The notes: a model not told the origin generated them from the sequence alone. A stretch of DNA of 64,000 bases from Macrostomum lignano (GCA_002269645.1 NIVC01002956.1:62001-126000), one strand, 5' to 3'; shown: positions 35,690 to 50,149, counted from the stretch's first letter. A program made the numbers and translations.

Positions 35690-38600
35690 TCACTGCTGCT
35701 CAATAGCCGGCTGCTGTTGCTGTTGCTGCTGCAGACTGCTGCATCTGTAGATGTAGATCCGGTAGTCCTTACTAGCCAGCACAATAGACCCGTCGTCAAG
35801 CAGGTCGATGTCGAAGCACTGGGCGTGCTTAATCCTCGACTCCAGAGCCTGCACTAGCTGGCCCTGCGGGTTGAACACTGTCACATTGAAGTTGTTATGA
35901 TTGTCCGCCACCACTATGTTGCCGTCGGACCGGACCGCCACACCGATAGGGTAGTTGGTGACCCCGCTCATGCCGATCTGGCCCAAGTACACTCCGTGGT
36001 AATTAAATACTCGAATGCAGTGGGCTCGGTTGTCGCTGATGTAAATCCTATAGTTGCCGTCCACAGCAATGCTGTTGGGGAACTGCAGCCGGCTGCACTT
36101 GAAAGTCTTCAGAACAACTCCGCTGGAGTCGAAAATCACCACGCGCATTATCTTGCACTCGATGCAGATCACCCGCCCGTCCCGGTCGACGCACACGCCG
36201 CGCGGATGCTGCAGCACATCCGAGCCGAACTTGCGAATGAATTCGCCGAGGCGGGTGTACACCTGCGCAAGTTTGGAGTCAGGTATGGCCAGGCTTATCG
36301 TTACTGGCTGCGCGTAATCAGTGTCTACCCTGCTATCCCCTCAGTGTCTACCCTGCTATCCCCTCAGTGTCTACCCTGCTATCCCCTCAGTGTCTACCCT
36401 GCTATCCCCTCAGTGTCTACCCTGCTATCCCTCAGTGTCTACCCTGCTATCCCCTCAGTGTCTACCCTGCAATCCCCTCAGTGTCTACCCTGCTATCCCT
36501 CAGTGTTTGACCTGCTATTACGTCAGTTTCTGCCCTGCTACCCCCAGTGCCGTTCAATCAGCGCTCACCTGAACCTGATGCGTAGGCGAGCGCTCCGTGA
36601 CCACAATATTGCCGGTGGCTCGGTGCACAGCCACCCTATTAGGATAGGTGAACTGGCCCTCCCGCCGGCCGTTCTCGCCAAAGTGGAAGCGCAGCTGGCC
36701 AGTGACGCTGAACACCTGAATCCGGTGATTGTTTGTGTCCGCCACGATTATCTCCTGCTGGGCGTTCACGGCCACGCCGCTGGGCTCCGTGAACTGGCCG
36801 TCAGTGAGGCCGAACTCTCCGAATTTCCTGCCGGTAAGAGGAAAAAAAGCATTTGCTTAAACACTTGTGGGGAAGCAGGGAGAGAAGGAAAGGCAGGAAG
36901 GAGTGAGGGGGGCATACATGCTCAACCTCCAAAATTCAGTCGGCCGTGCGACTTAGTTTTAACAAAGAATGCGACGTAGTTTTTGGCCAAAGATGCGACT
37001 TACATGTAAAAGAAATCCTAAAGCAAAATAAACGCTACTTTGGGTAAACGGCAGGAGTAACTATGACTGTCTTATTGAGGCACAATCGCTCGTTAGCTAC
37101 TTAGTTATACTTGGTATTTATTCAGATGGGCATTTTTGCGACTTACCTTGGTTGGCCGCCAAATCGGTCGGCTAGATTGGCCGACTGTTGCGCATGTATG
37201 GAGGGGGAGGGAAGGAGTGAGGAGGGAAGGAGTGAGGGCGGGAATGAAGGGGTGAGAGCGGGAGGGAAGGAGTGAGGGCGGGAATGAAGGGGTGAGAGCG
37301 GGAGGGAAGGAGTGAGGGCGGGAAGGAAGGAAAAACCACTCACATGTGGTACTGAATCCTGGCCCTAGCAACCAGCGGAGCGGACGGCGAGGTGCCGCCG
37401 CCGATGTGCGACCGAAGCAGAGCCTCGGCCAGCTGCAAATCGATAATGCCGCCGCCTCCGCCACCGCCAGCAGCTTGGCCAATCAGCAGCTGCTGCTGTT
37501 GCTGCTGCTGAGGCTGCTGCTCTACCAGGCTCTGCTCCACCGAGCCTGGCGACACCGCCGAAGGCAAGTCCGCAACCGCGGCGCCGCCATTCATCGCAGC
37601 TGGGCCGCCGCAGTCGCCGCCGTGGGACCAGTAGACAGCGCCGCCACTGCCGCCTCGGCTCTTTTGCCTCTGCCGCTGCTGCTTTTGCTGCTCCTCTGCT
37701 GCTAGTAGAAGCGGAACCGAATTCTCCTTGTCTGTGCAACCGGACTGCACCGGCCAGCCGGTGAGAGAGGCCGAGGCAGCGGCAGCGGCCGGAATCGCAG
37801 AGTCTTCGACGACAGCCGCTGTCTGCGAGCGCTGCTGCTGCGGCTGCGGGTGCTGGTGATGGCGACCTTCGCCGATAGCACCAAGGGGGTTGCCCGGACG
37901 GCCAGAGGCGGTGGATGCAGCGGCGGCCTTAATTGGGAGGTAAATTGGGGCAGCATAGCAATATCCTATAGGATAGCAATAGCAATGTTCTGAGGAAATC
38001 CTCCTCACACAGATAATCTCACTTCTCACACTGATAATCTTTCTTTCACACCATATAATCTTCTTCTCACACTGATAATCTTCCTTCTCACACTGATTGT
38101 CTGCTTTCTCACACTGATAATCTTCCTTCTCACACTGATAATCTTCCTTCTCACACTGATAATCTTCCTTTCACACCATATAATCTTCTTCTCACACAGA
38201 TAATCTTCCTTCTCACACCGATAATCTTCCTTCTCACACTGATAATCTTCCTTTCACACCATATAATCTTCTCTACTCAAACAGATAATCTGAGCAGAAT
38301 GATTACAGCGCCACTAGTCACCTGTACCTGGTCGGGTCCAACAACGCTGCCCATGAGGCCCAGGGCGTGAGCCACAATGGACGGCGGCGGCAGGTAGGTG
38401 ATGCACTGGGCCGGGTCGCGGTCCAGCTCCGGGTAGCGGTGCTGCAGCACGGCGTCCAGCGACGGCTCCAAAGCGGCGTGCAGCATCGCCCTCTCGGCCG
38501 GGGCGGAGTGGGGGCCACAGTGCGCGTGCATCAGGGTGTAGTGCCTGGCCAGCAGCTGCATATCCTGACGCAGTTGGCGCCTGGAGCGCTGTAGTCCCGC

Positions 38601-41057
38601 GCCATAGTCAGCGGCACATTTGTTGAGCTCCTGGGTGAGCTGCTGACGACGGTCTGCGATGGCGGCCTGTGGGATTCATCGGAAATATTCCATCTCACTA
38701 TTATATGGATCCCACTCACGATAGGTACATCCCAATCCTCAATAGACATATCCCCACTCCTCACTAGATACATCCCATTCCTCACTAGATACATCCCATT
38801 CCTCACTAGATACATCCCATTCCTCACTAGATACATCCCACTCCTCACTAGATACATCCCACTCCTCACTAGATATATCCCACTCCTCACTAGATATATC
38901 CCACTCCTCACTAGATACATGTACATCCCACTCCTCACTAGATACATCCCACTCCTCACTAGATACATCCCATTCCTCACTAGATACATCCCACTCCTCA
39001 CTAGATACATCCCACTCCTCACTAGATACATCCCACTCCTCACTAGATACATCCCACTCCTCACTAGATACATCCCACTCCTCACTAGATACATCCCACT
39101 CCTCACTAGATACATCCCACTCCTCACTAGATACATCCCACTCCTCACTAGATACATCCCACTCCTCACTAGATATAACCCCAATACTCACTAGATATAT
39201 CCCACTCTTCACTGGATAATACCCTATTCCTCAGTCGCACAGCAGCAGGAGTCCCACCTGATAATCCTGATAGCTGCGTTCGATCCGCTCGGCCACCAGT
39301 CGGCAAGACTCGGCCAACTTGGCCTCCCACTCTGGCAAGGTGTCCAGGGCTCGCTGTACCCAGTCTAGGCGGGTCTTGGCAGCGTGGCCGGCCGTCTCTA
39401 GCAGGGCGGCTTCGCGCTGCAGCATCGCCTGCGTCAGCTGCTTGATGGGGTGGCCGCGGTGCTCGCCGGCCAGGCACTCGTCGCAAACCGGCCGGGCGCA
39501 GTGAGCGCAGAAGAATGTCAGCGACTAACGGAAGGATTGGCAGATAGAATAGCGAGACTGACATGGCAGGAGAGACTGATATAACTAAGACGTGAGATTG
39601 ACATGGGAAGAGGTGAGATTGACATGGGAACTGGCGAGATTGATATGGGAACTGGCGAGATTGATATGGGAATAGGTGAGATTGACATGGGAACTGGCGA
39701 GATTGATATGGGAACTGGCGAGATTGATATGGGAATAGGTGAGATTAACATGGGAACTGGCGAGATTGATATGGGAACTGGCGAGATTGATATGGGAACT
39801 GGCGAGATTGATATGGGCATAGGTGAGATTAACATGGGAACTGGCGAGATTGATATGGGAACTGGCGAGATTGACATGGGAATAGGTGAGATTAACATGG
39901 GAACTGGCGAGATTGATATGGGAACTGGCGAGATTGATATGGGAATAGGTGAGATTGACATGGGAACTGGCGAGATTGATATGGGAACTGGCGAGATTGA
40001 TATGGGAATAGGTGAGATTAACATGGGAACTGGCGAGATTGATATGGAAACTGGCGAGATTGATATGGGAACTGGCGAGATTGATATGGGAATAGGTGAG
40101 ATTAACATGGGAACTGGTGAGATTGATATGGAAACTGTGAGATTGATATGGGAACTGTGAGATTGATATGGGAATAGATGGGAATAGGTGAGACTGACAT
40201 GGAAAGAGGTGAGATTGATGTGAAGATATGAGACTGATATGGGAACTGGCGAGATTAATATGGGAAGAGGTGAGATTGACATGGTAATAGGTGAGATTGA
40301 CATGGTAATAGGTGAGATTGAGATGGGAAGAGGTGAGATTGACATGAAAAGAGGTGAGATTAACATGGGAACTGGCGAGATTGACTGAGAAGCAAAGTGG
40401 AATGGACTCAAGCCATGCTCAACCAGACATCATTGACCCCCAACTTACCTGCTGCCGGTGCTCGCTGCAGGGCACGGCTGGCTGCCCATCGGGAGCCGAA
40501 GACCCAGGCGCCAGTCCCAGGTAGCGCTCACCAGCAAAATTGCACAGCAGTTTAGCGACGGGCACCTCCTGGGCGTCCGGGCAACGCCGACAGCGATAGG
40601 CCGCGCCGCCGGACAGGATGTCCACAGCCAGGCCGGACTCCAGGCACCTGTCGCAGTAGTGATGGCCGCACGGCAGAATCCGGGTCCGCCTGCGGAGACC
40701 GCAATGGCCGCAGCTGACGGCCCAGCGGAGCATCTCCTCCGGGCTGCAGCAGGCTGCCAGACCGTCGGCGTCGTCGACAGCGGCTTCTTCGGCGTCGGAC
40801 TGCGGCGCAGGCGTCGGCGAGTAGGTGAACCCGGATGCCAGGGCGTTGGCCGGAGCGGCGGCAGTGGCGCGGGAACTGGCGGGACTGCAGCTGGCGGTGG
40901 TGACGCCGGCGCGGCCGCTGCCGCCGCTGTTGCTGTCGACGCTGCTGCCGCTGCCGTGGCCGACACCGATAGTCAGCATCGGGCTAGGCGTCATCGGGCC
41001 GATGGCGGTGACCGAGTACGGGCGACTCTGAGCTTCCTGGAATGCCGGCGAGTACAC
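35690..41057 (-). CDS. brat: Brain tumor (Brat/NCL-1)-like TRIM-NHL protein with RING, B-box, coiled coil and NHL repeats. Exons ~41057-40449, 39524-39258, 38666-38328 (or 38322), 37927-37344, 36827-36569, 36262-35690; 5' start uncertain
   Basis: Spliced QYHM|KFGEFG..GQFTEPSGVAVNAQ..VADTNNHRIQ..YPNRVAV..TERSPTHQ..LQHPRGV..ECKIMRV..SDNRAHC..TNYPIGV..ADNHNNFN..KHAQCFD..LASKDYRIYIY matches the Brat NHL domain; intron phases are compatible. Confidence 0.9.
36318..36500. repeat. 23-bp minisatellite in a brat intron
   Basis: Unit ccctcagtgtctaccctgctatc. Confidence 0.9.
38010..38275. repeat. ~21-bp minisatellite in a brat intron
   Basis: Unit ataatcttccttctcacactg. Confidence 0.9.
38735..39215. 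repeat. 21-bp minisatellite in a brat intron
   Basis: Unit catcccactcctcactagata. Confidence 0.95.
39560..40385. repeat. 21-bp minisatellite in a brat intron
   Basis: Unit gagattgatatgggaactggc. Confidence 0.95.
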
Positions 41058-41164
41058 GGGCTTAGGTGTGGTGTAGACTCAGGTGTGGGGTGTGGGGTAG
41101 ACTCAGGTGTGTAGTGAATACAGACTCGGGAATGTAGGGTATAATATAGACTTTGGTGTGTAGG

Positions 41165-41340
41165 GTAGACAGGATCCGGTATGTGGGGTGGACAGGATCC
41201 GGCATGTGGGATTGACAGGATCCGGTATGTGGGATAGACAGGATCCGGTATGTGGGATAGACAGGATCCGGTATGTGGGATTGACAGGATCCGGTATGTG
41301 GGATTGACAGGATCCGGTATATGGGGTAAGACAGGATGGG
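41165..41340. repeat. 23-bp minisatellite
   Basis: Unit tccggtatgtgggatagacagga. Confidence 0.9.
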
Positions 41341-41657
41341 ATCTATAGCGACATTCGCAGAGATATACATTATAGTTTACACTTAAGAAGGAAATTCTAG
41401 GCAAATATTTTAAAAGGAAATCTTATATACTAAAACTAAGATTGATCCCAAATCAGTAAAAAATTACAAAAAAACACATGGAAACAATTCTACCCCTTCC
41501 GAAAGAAGATAAACACAAAGAGCCTAAAAAATGTCAATACTTCTGCGCCGTGAACAATGGAAATGATCAATAACAATGACTTTATTTGGAAATTAATGAT
41601 GCTAAGTTTATACACCATATATACTACTCATCGACTACTTAGTAATAGCTTAGTAAG

Positions 41658-44600
41658 TCAAGGCAGATTATCGAAGCTGATCAAGTCCGCGGCTGCCGGG
41701 CTCTGCAGAGCCCCCTCCTTGTCAGCTTGATCCGTCTTAGCGTCCACCGGAATATACCAGGCTTCAACTGGCAGGTCGCTGCCCACATTCTCGTCCAGCT
41801 CGGACAGGCTGTTTCGCCGTGGCCGGTTGCTGTCCAAACTGTCCGGGAAATCGTCATCAAAGCAGCAGATGCTGACGGACCGCCTCAGGTGTGGCTGCAG
41901 CAGCGGACGGGCCGACGGATCGGCCGGGACGGATGGGGACGGCAGGAGGCTGTCGGCTTCGGTGGCAGCGGCAGCGCTGGCAGCGGGTTGGCAGCCGGAG
42001 AGCCACCAGCGCCATTCCAGGTAGCGCCAGGCGCGCGTTCGAGATAAGCGAGTCTGCGATTCAGCAAGAGGGGTGGCTGACTGTCTGCGTCTCACTCCAC
42101 TCACCCATCTATCTATCAGGATCTCACTCCACTCTCTCAACCATTTATCAGGATCTCACTTCACTCTCTCAACCATTTATCAGGATCTCACTTCACTCTC
42201 TCAACCATTTATCAGGATCTCACTTCACTCTCTCATCCATCTATCAGGATCTCACTCCACTCACCCATCTATCTATCAGGATCTCACTCCACTCTCTCAA
42301 CCATTTATCAGGATCTCACTTCACTCTCTCAACCATTTATCAGGATCTCACTCCACTCTCTCAACCATTTATCAGGATCTCACTCCACTCACCCATCTAT
42401 CTATCAGGATCTCACTCCACTCTCCCATCTATCTATCAGGATCTCACTCCACTCTCTCATCTATCTATCAGGATCTCACTCCACTCACCCATCTATCTAT
42501 CAGGATCTCACTCCACTCACCCATCTATCTATCAGGATCTCACTCCACTCTCTCAACCATTTATCAAGATCTCACTTCACTCTCTCATCCATCTATCAGG
42601 ATCTCACTCCACTCTCTCAACCATTTATCAGGATCTCACTCCACTCTCTCAACCATTTATCAGGATCTCACTCCACTCACCCATCTATCTATCAGGATCT
42701 CACTCCACTCTCTCAACCATTTATCAAGATCTCACTTCACTCTCTCATCCATTTATCAGGATCTCACTCCACTCTCTCAACCATTTATCAGGATCTCACT
42801 CCACTCTCTCAACCATCTATCAGGATCTCACTCCACTCTCTCAACCATTTATCAAGATCTCACTTCACTCTCTCATCCATCTATCAGGATCTCACTCCAC
42901 TCTCTCAACCATCTATCAAGATCTCACTCCACTCTCTCAACCATTTATCAGGATCTCACTCCACTCTCTCAACCATTTATCAGGATCTCACTCCACTCTC
43001 TCAACCATTTATCAGGATCTCACTCCACTCTCTCAACCATTTATCAGGATCTCACTCCACTCTCTCAACCATTTATCAGGATCTCACTCCACTCTCTCAT
43101 CCATTTATCAGGATCTCACTCCACTCTCTCAACCATTTATCAGGATCTCACTCCACTCTCTCAACCATTTATCAGGATCTCATTCCACTCTCTCAACCAT
43201 TTATCAGGATCTCACTCCACTCTCTCATCTATCTATCAGGATCTCACTCCACTCTCTCAACCATTTATCAAGATCTCACTTCACTCTCTCAACCATTTAT
43301 CAGGATCTCATTCCACTCTCTCATCCATCTATCAGGATCTCATTCCACTCTCTCAACCATTTATCAGGATCTCACTCCACTCTCTCATCCATCTATCAAG
43401 ATCTCGCTCCACTCTCTCATCCATCTATCAAGATCTCACTCCACTCTCTCAACCATTTATCAGGATCTCACTCCACTCTCTCAACCATTTATCAGGATCT
43501 CACTCCACTCTCTCAACCATTTATCAGGATCTCACTCCACTCTCTCAACCATTTATCAGGATCTCACTCCACTCTCTCAACCATCTATCAGGATCTCACT
43601 CCACTCTCTCAACCATTTATCAGGATCTCACTCCACTCTCTCAACCATTTATCAGGATCTCACTCCACTCTCTCAACCATTTATCAGGATCTCACTCCAC
43701 TCTCTCAACCATTTATCAGGATCTCACTCCACTCTCTCAACCATTTATCAGGATCTCACTCCACTCTCTCAACCATTTATCAGGATCTCACTCCACTCTC
43801 TCAACCATCTATCAGGATCTCACTCCACTCTCTCAACCATTTATCAGGATCTCACTCCACTCTCTCAACCATTTATCAGGATCTCACTCCACTCTCTCAA
43901 CCATTTATCAAGATCTCACTTCACTCTCTCAACCATTTATCAAGATCTCACTCCACTCTCTCATCCATCTATCAGGATCTCATTCCACTCTCTCAACCAT
44001 TTATCAGGATCTCACTCCACTCTCTCAACCATTTATCAGGATCTCACTCCACTCTCTCATCCATCTATCAGGATCTCATTCCACTCTCTCAACCATTTAT
44101 CAGGATCTCACTCCACTCTCTCATCCATCTATCAGGATCTCATTCCACTCTCTCAACCATTTATCAGGATCTCACTCCACTCTCTCATCCATCTATCAGG
44201 ATCTCATTCCACTCTCTCAACCATTTATCAGGATCTCACTCCACTCTCTCATCCATCTATCAGGATCTCACTCCACTCTCTCAACCATCTATCAGGATCT
44301 CACTCCACTCTCTCAACCATTTATCAGGATCTCACTCCACTCTCTCAACCATCTATCAGGATCTCACTCCACTCTCTCAACCATTTATCAGGATCTCACT
44401 CCACTCTCTCATCCATCTATCAGGATCTCATTCCACTCTCTCAACCATCTATCAGGATCTCACTCCACTCTCTCAACCATTTATCAGGATCTCACTCCAC
44501 TCTCTCAACCATTTATCAGGATCTCACTCCACTCTCTCAACCATTTATCAGGATCTCACTCCACTCTCTCAACCATCTATCAGGATCTCACTCCACTCTC

Positions 44601-47600
44601 TCAACCATTTATCAGGATCTCACTCCACTCTCTCAACCATTTATCAGGATCTCACTCCACTCTCTCATCCATCTATCAGGATCTCACTCCACTCTCTCAA
44701 CCATCTATCAGGATCTCACTCCACTCTCTCAACCATTTATCAGGATCTCACTCCACTCTCTCAACCATCTATCAGGATCTCACTCCACTCTTTCAACCAT
44801 TTATCAGGATCTCACTCCACTCTCTCATCCATCTATCAGGATCTCATTCCACTCTCTCAACCATCTATCAGGATCTCACTCCACTCTCTCAACCATTTAT
44901 CAGGATCTCACTCCACTCTCTCAACCATCTATCAGGATCTCACTCCACTCTCTCAACCATTTATCAGGATCTCACTCCACTCTCTCAACCATTTATCAGG
45001 ATCTCACTCCACTCTCTCATCCATCTATCAAGATCTCGCTCCACTCTCTCATCCATCTATCAGGATCTCACTCCACTCTCTCAACCATTTATCAGGATCT
45101 CACTCCACTCTCTCAACCATTTATCAGGATCTCACTCCACTCTCTCAACCATTTATCAGGATCTCACTCCACTCTCTCAACCATTTATCAGGATCTCACT
45201 CCACTCTCTCAACCATTTATCAGGATCTCACTCCACTCTCTCAACCATTTATCAGGATCTCACTCCACTCTCTCAACCATCTATCAGGATCTCACTCCAC
45301 TCTCTCAACCATTTATCAGGATCTCACTCCACTCTCTCAACCATTTATCAGGATCTCACTCCACTCTCTCATCCATCTATCAAGATCTCGCTCCACTCTC
45401 TCATCCATCTATCAGGATCTCACTCCACTCTCTCAACCATTTATCAGGATCTCACTCCACTCTCTCAACCATTTATCAGGATCTCACTCCACTCTCTCAA
45501 CCATTTATCAGGATCTCACTCCACTCTCTCAACCATTTATCAGGATCTCACTCCACTCTCTCAACCATTTATCAAGATCTCACTTCACTCTCTCATCCAT
45601 CTATCAGGATCTCACTCCACTCTCCCATCTATCTATCAGGATCTCGCTCCACTCTCTCAACCATTTATCAAGATCTCACTTCACTCTCTCATCCATCTAT
45701 CAGGATCTCACTCCACTCTCCCATCTATCTATCAGGATCTCGCTCCACTCTCTCAACCATTTATCAGGATCTCACTTCACTCTCTCATCCATCTATCAGG
45801 ATCTCACTCCACTCACCCATCTATCTATCAGGATCTCACTCCACTCACCCATCTATCTATCAGGATCTCACTCCACTCTCTCAACCATTTATCAGGATCT
45901 CACTCCACTCTCTCAACCATTTATCAAGATCTCACTTCACTCTCTCATCCATCTATCAGGATCTCACTCCACTCTCCCATCTATCTATCAGGATCTCGCT
46001 CCACTCTCTCAACCATTTATCAAGATCTCACTTCACTCTCTCATCCATCTATCAGGATCTCACTCCACTCTCCCATCTATCTATCAGGATCTCGCTCCAC
46101 TCTCTCAACCATTTATCAAGATCTCACTTCACTCTCTCATCCATCTATCAGGATCTCACTCCACTCTCCCATCTATCTATCAGGATCTCGCTCCACTCTC
46201 TCAACCATTTATCAAGATTTCACTTCACTCTCTCATCCATCTATCAGGATCTCACTCCACTCTCTCATCTATCCATCAGGATCTCGCTCCACTCTCTCAA
46301 CCATTTATCAAGATCTCACTTCACTCTCTCATCCATCTATCAGGATCTCACTCCACTCTCCCATCTATCTATCAGGATCTCGCTCCACTCTCTCAACCAT
46401 TTATCAAGATCTCACTTCACTCTCTCATCCATCTATCAGGATCTCACTCCACTCTCCCATCTATCTATCAGGATCTCGCTCCACTCTCTCAACCATTTAT
46501 CAAGATCTCACTTCACTCTCTCATCCATCTATCAGGATCTCACTCCACTCTCCCATCTATCTATCAGGATCTCGCTCCACTCTCTCAACCATTTATCAAG
46601 ATCTCACTTCACTCTCTCATCCATCTATCAGGATCTCACTCCACTCTCTCAACCATTTATCAGGATCTCACTCCACTCTCTCAACCATTTATCAGGATCT
46701 CACTCCACTCTCTCAACCATTTATCAGGATCTCACTCCACTCTCTCAACCATTTATCAGGATCTCACTTCACTCTCTCAACCATTTATCAGGATCTCACT
46801 TCACTCTCTCATCCATCTATCAGGATCTCACTCCACTCTCCCATCTATCTATCAGGATCTCACTCCACTCTCTCAACCATTTATCAGGATCTCACTTCAC
46901 TCTCTCATCCATCTATCAGGATCTCACTCCACTCTCCCATCTATCTATCAGGATCTCACTCCACTCTCTCAACCATTTATCAGGATCTCACTTCACTCTC
47001 TCATCCATCTATCAGGATCTCACTCCACTCTCTCAACCATTTATCAGGATCTCACTTCACTCTCTCATCTATCTATCAGGATCTCACTCCACTCTCTCAT
47101 CTATCCATCAGGATCTCTCTCCACTCTCTGATCGATAAAACTTAGAAAACTCGGGAAATACTTGGATGAATCTAATTATACCGATTTACATAACTCTCTT
47201 CTTTTCTAGCGGAAAGATCTTACCCGAACCAAGCTGAAAGCTGATACCCTTTCTGGGAAACAAAGCAGCATTCGCACCGCAGCAAACAAAATTTAAATTA
47301 TTCAATGCAGCGGTTTCTAACAAAGATACATGTAGTAACCATTTGTACTAGACGCAGTATCCTAATCTCGAAACTAGGAAGCTTACCTTGTCAGCCAAGG
47401 CGGACGCGTCCGAGCCCAGACAGGTGAGTAGCGAGCCGTCAGTCACCTGAGTTTAGGAATAAGCAAAGGTGTAGCTTGCATTATTTTGTCAAAAATCTGC
47501 GACTTTAGACAGTGGCGATAAACTAAAGGATTGGAGGAGGGACTTTGTAGCACCAACTGAAGGATTGAGGGAGGGGCATTGTGGCGCCAACTGAAGGATT

Positions 47601-49017
47601 GAGGGAGGGGCATTGCGGCACCAACTGAAGGATTGAGGGAGGGGCATTGTGGCACCAACTGAAGGATTGAGGGAGGGGCATTGCGGCACCAACTGAAAGA
47701 TTGGGGGAGGGGCATTGTGGCACCAACTGAAGGATTGAGGGAGGGGCATTGTGGCGCCAACTGAAGGATTGAGGGAGGGGCATTGTGGCGCCAACTGAAG
47801 GATTGAGGGAGGGGCATTGTGGCGCCAACTGAAGGATTGAGGGAGGGGCATTGTGGCACCAACTGAAGGATTGAGGGAGGGGCATTGCGGCACCAACTGA
47901 AAGATTGGGGGAGGGGCATTGTGGCACCAACTGAAGGATTGAGGGGCATTGTGGCGCCAACTGGGATTGAGGGAGGGGCATTGTGGCGCCAACTGAAGGA
48001 TTGAGGGAGGGGCATTGTGGCACCAACTGAAGGATTGAGGGAGGGGCATTGTGGCGCCAACTGAAGGATTGAGGGAGGCACCAACTGAAGGATTGAGGGA
48101 GGCACCAACTGAAGGATTGAGGGAGGCACCAACTGAAGGATTGAGGGAGGCACCAACTGAAGGATTGAGGGAGGCACCAACTGAAGGATTGAGGGAGGCA
48201 CCAACTAAAGGATTGAGGGAGGGGCATTGTGGCGCCAACTGAAGGATTGAGGGAGGGGCATTGTGGCGCCAACTGAAGGATTGAGGGAGGCACCAACTGA
48301 AGGATTGAGGGAGGCACCAACTGAAGGATTGAGGGAGGCACCAACTGAAGGATTGAGGGAGGCACCAACTGAAGGATTGAGGGAGGCACCAACTGAAGGA
48401 TTGAGGGAGGCACCAACTGAAGGATTGAGGGAGGGGCATTGTGGCGCCAACTGAAGGATTGAGGGAGGCACCAACTGAAGGATTGAGGGAGGCACCAACT
48501 GAAGGATTGAGGGAGGCACCAACTGAAGGATTGAGGGAGGCACCAACTGAAGGATTGAGGGAGGCACCAACTGAAGGATTGAGGGAGGCACCAACTGAAG
48601 GATTGAGGGAGGGGCATTGTGGCGCCAACTGAAGGATTGAGGGAGGCACCAACTGAAGGATTGAGGGAGGCACCAACTGAAGGATTGAGGGAGGCACCAA
48701 CTGAAGGATTGAGGGAGGCACCAACTGAAGGATTGAGGGAGGCACCAACTGAAGGATTGAGGGAGGCACCAACTGAAGGATTGAGGGAGGCACCAACTGA
48801 AGGCCCAAGGTATCAGGGACCGTCAATTGCTTTAATTACCCAGAAGCACTGAACTGCTCACCCTTCGATTCTTGCAGGGAATCTGGCCACCGTCGCAAGC
48901 TGCCGGCGCCTCATCATCCCATTCGCTGACGCTGGCAGCAGACTTTGGCGCGGTCGCCACAGCTGCTGCTCCCTTTCGTCGGATTCGACCCTTGAAGTAG
49001 CTCCAAGTGGACTTCAT
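41658..49017 (-). CDS. Unknown ~203-aa protein; exons 49017-48862, 47446-47387, 42053-41658
   Basis: Three segments (156, 60, 396 nt) joined by phase-0 GT-AG introns without stops: MKSTWSYFKGRIRRK...NRR|VTDGSLLTCLGSDASALADK|TRLSRTRAWRYLEWRWWLSGCQP...DLISFDNLP*. Confidence 0.65.
42080..47130. repeat. ~5-kb 32-bp satellite array (~155 copies) in an intron
   Basis: Unit ttatcaggatctcactccactctctcaaccat with variants. Confidence 0.98.
47525..48805. repeat. Composite 34-bp/24-bp array with a 178-bp higher-order period
   Basis: caactgaaggattgagggaggggcattgtggcgc and caactgaaggattgagggaggcac; ORF-track offsets 48263/48441/48619. Confidence 0.95.
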
Positions 49018-50149
49018 TCTATTCACAAGTCTTTCAAAACCGTAGCTCCGTGTTCTGCTTCAGTGATCGACTGTGCACTTAAGACTCAGTATTGTCTGCT
49101 TTATGCTTTAACCGGCTCCATGCTCACATACAGACAACCAATGCTCTGCTGACATTGCAGTCCCAGGCCGCATGAGCTGCGGGGGTTTCTCTCTCTCTCT
49201 CTCTCTCAAACCGATACTTTGAGACGAATTTAGCAGATCGCCGTGGCTGAGCAGTTAGGGAAAATCGATAAATTTAGCTAGCCAGAGACAGTGGTCTCAT
49301 AACTATGGGCAAAACGGAAACTCACTATTCTCAGAAATCGATTAAAATTCACTCGAACAGCAGCAACTGGACATTGGTTGACTGAACTTGCACCGGCTTA
49401 GCCAGTACTCTCTAGTGTCTGTAAATAGCCTGTTTTGCATACTGGTAACCTGGTAACAGTGGTAAGCACATGTGGAAGGAGGGCATAGATAAAAGATGCA
49501 ATATGCTAACATAATAATCCCTCAATTATCACATAAATAAACACTGTGACATGAGCACAGATTGCATATGATATTATATATTGTACATGAGCACACCATG
49601 CAACAATTACATTACAACTAACTATATGAAGACTCATTGAGATGGAATTCACTCATAACCCTACAACTATCACAGTATCTAGATCTAGGAACTTGGAAAT
49701 TCTACCAGATGCTTATAGCCTTATCCTACTTGCTTGTTAAACACAGCTCAAGGCCAGAACCAGATTATCGCTATAATAGTTGCATACACTCCTCAACTTT
49801 GCCAGGTATATGAGCAACATTGCTTACCATTCAGATCCATGCATTTACTGAAATTAGCATTTTGGGCAAGCAATTTACATCAACAATGAAGTCATAGGCT
49901 GGCACTAGGGACTAAAGCAGAAAGTGGAGCACACTTACCTGACTGACACTTTATTCCCTGTTGAGCTCTTGCACCAAGAGGCACTATTAGTGCTAATCTA
50001 TGCTTTTTTAGTTGGCTGAGGAGCTAAGACTTAGGGCATAAGATTAGATTTGCATGGGTGCTGGCATATTCTGGCCTGCTAAGGAACAAGGCAGCCAATA
50101 TAGCTAGTAAAGCCAATCAACTTCCCTAAAAGGATGTCAAAATCATTGT

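Noticed and set aside
37147-37185. Possible brat micro-exon flanked by AG and GT
   Set aside because: Exon 37927-37344 (phase 2) already joins 36827 to give the conserved YHMKFGEFG; including this piece introduces a stop
38531-40411. Repetitive ORFs (MYLVRSG)n, (EIDMGTG)n, (ISPVPIS)n
   Set aside because: 21-bp intronic minisatellites
41891-47145. 1746-aa and 1690-aa ORFs
   Set aside because: Stop-free frames of a 32-bp satellite on the antisense strand of an intron; no domain content
47443-48852. Multiple repetitive ORFs on both strands
   Set aside because: Derived from the 24/34-bp array
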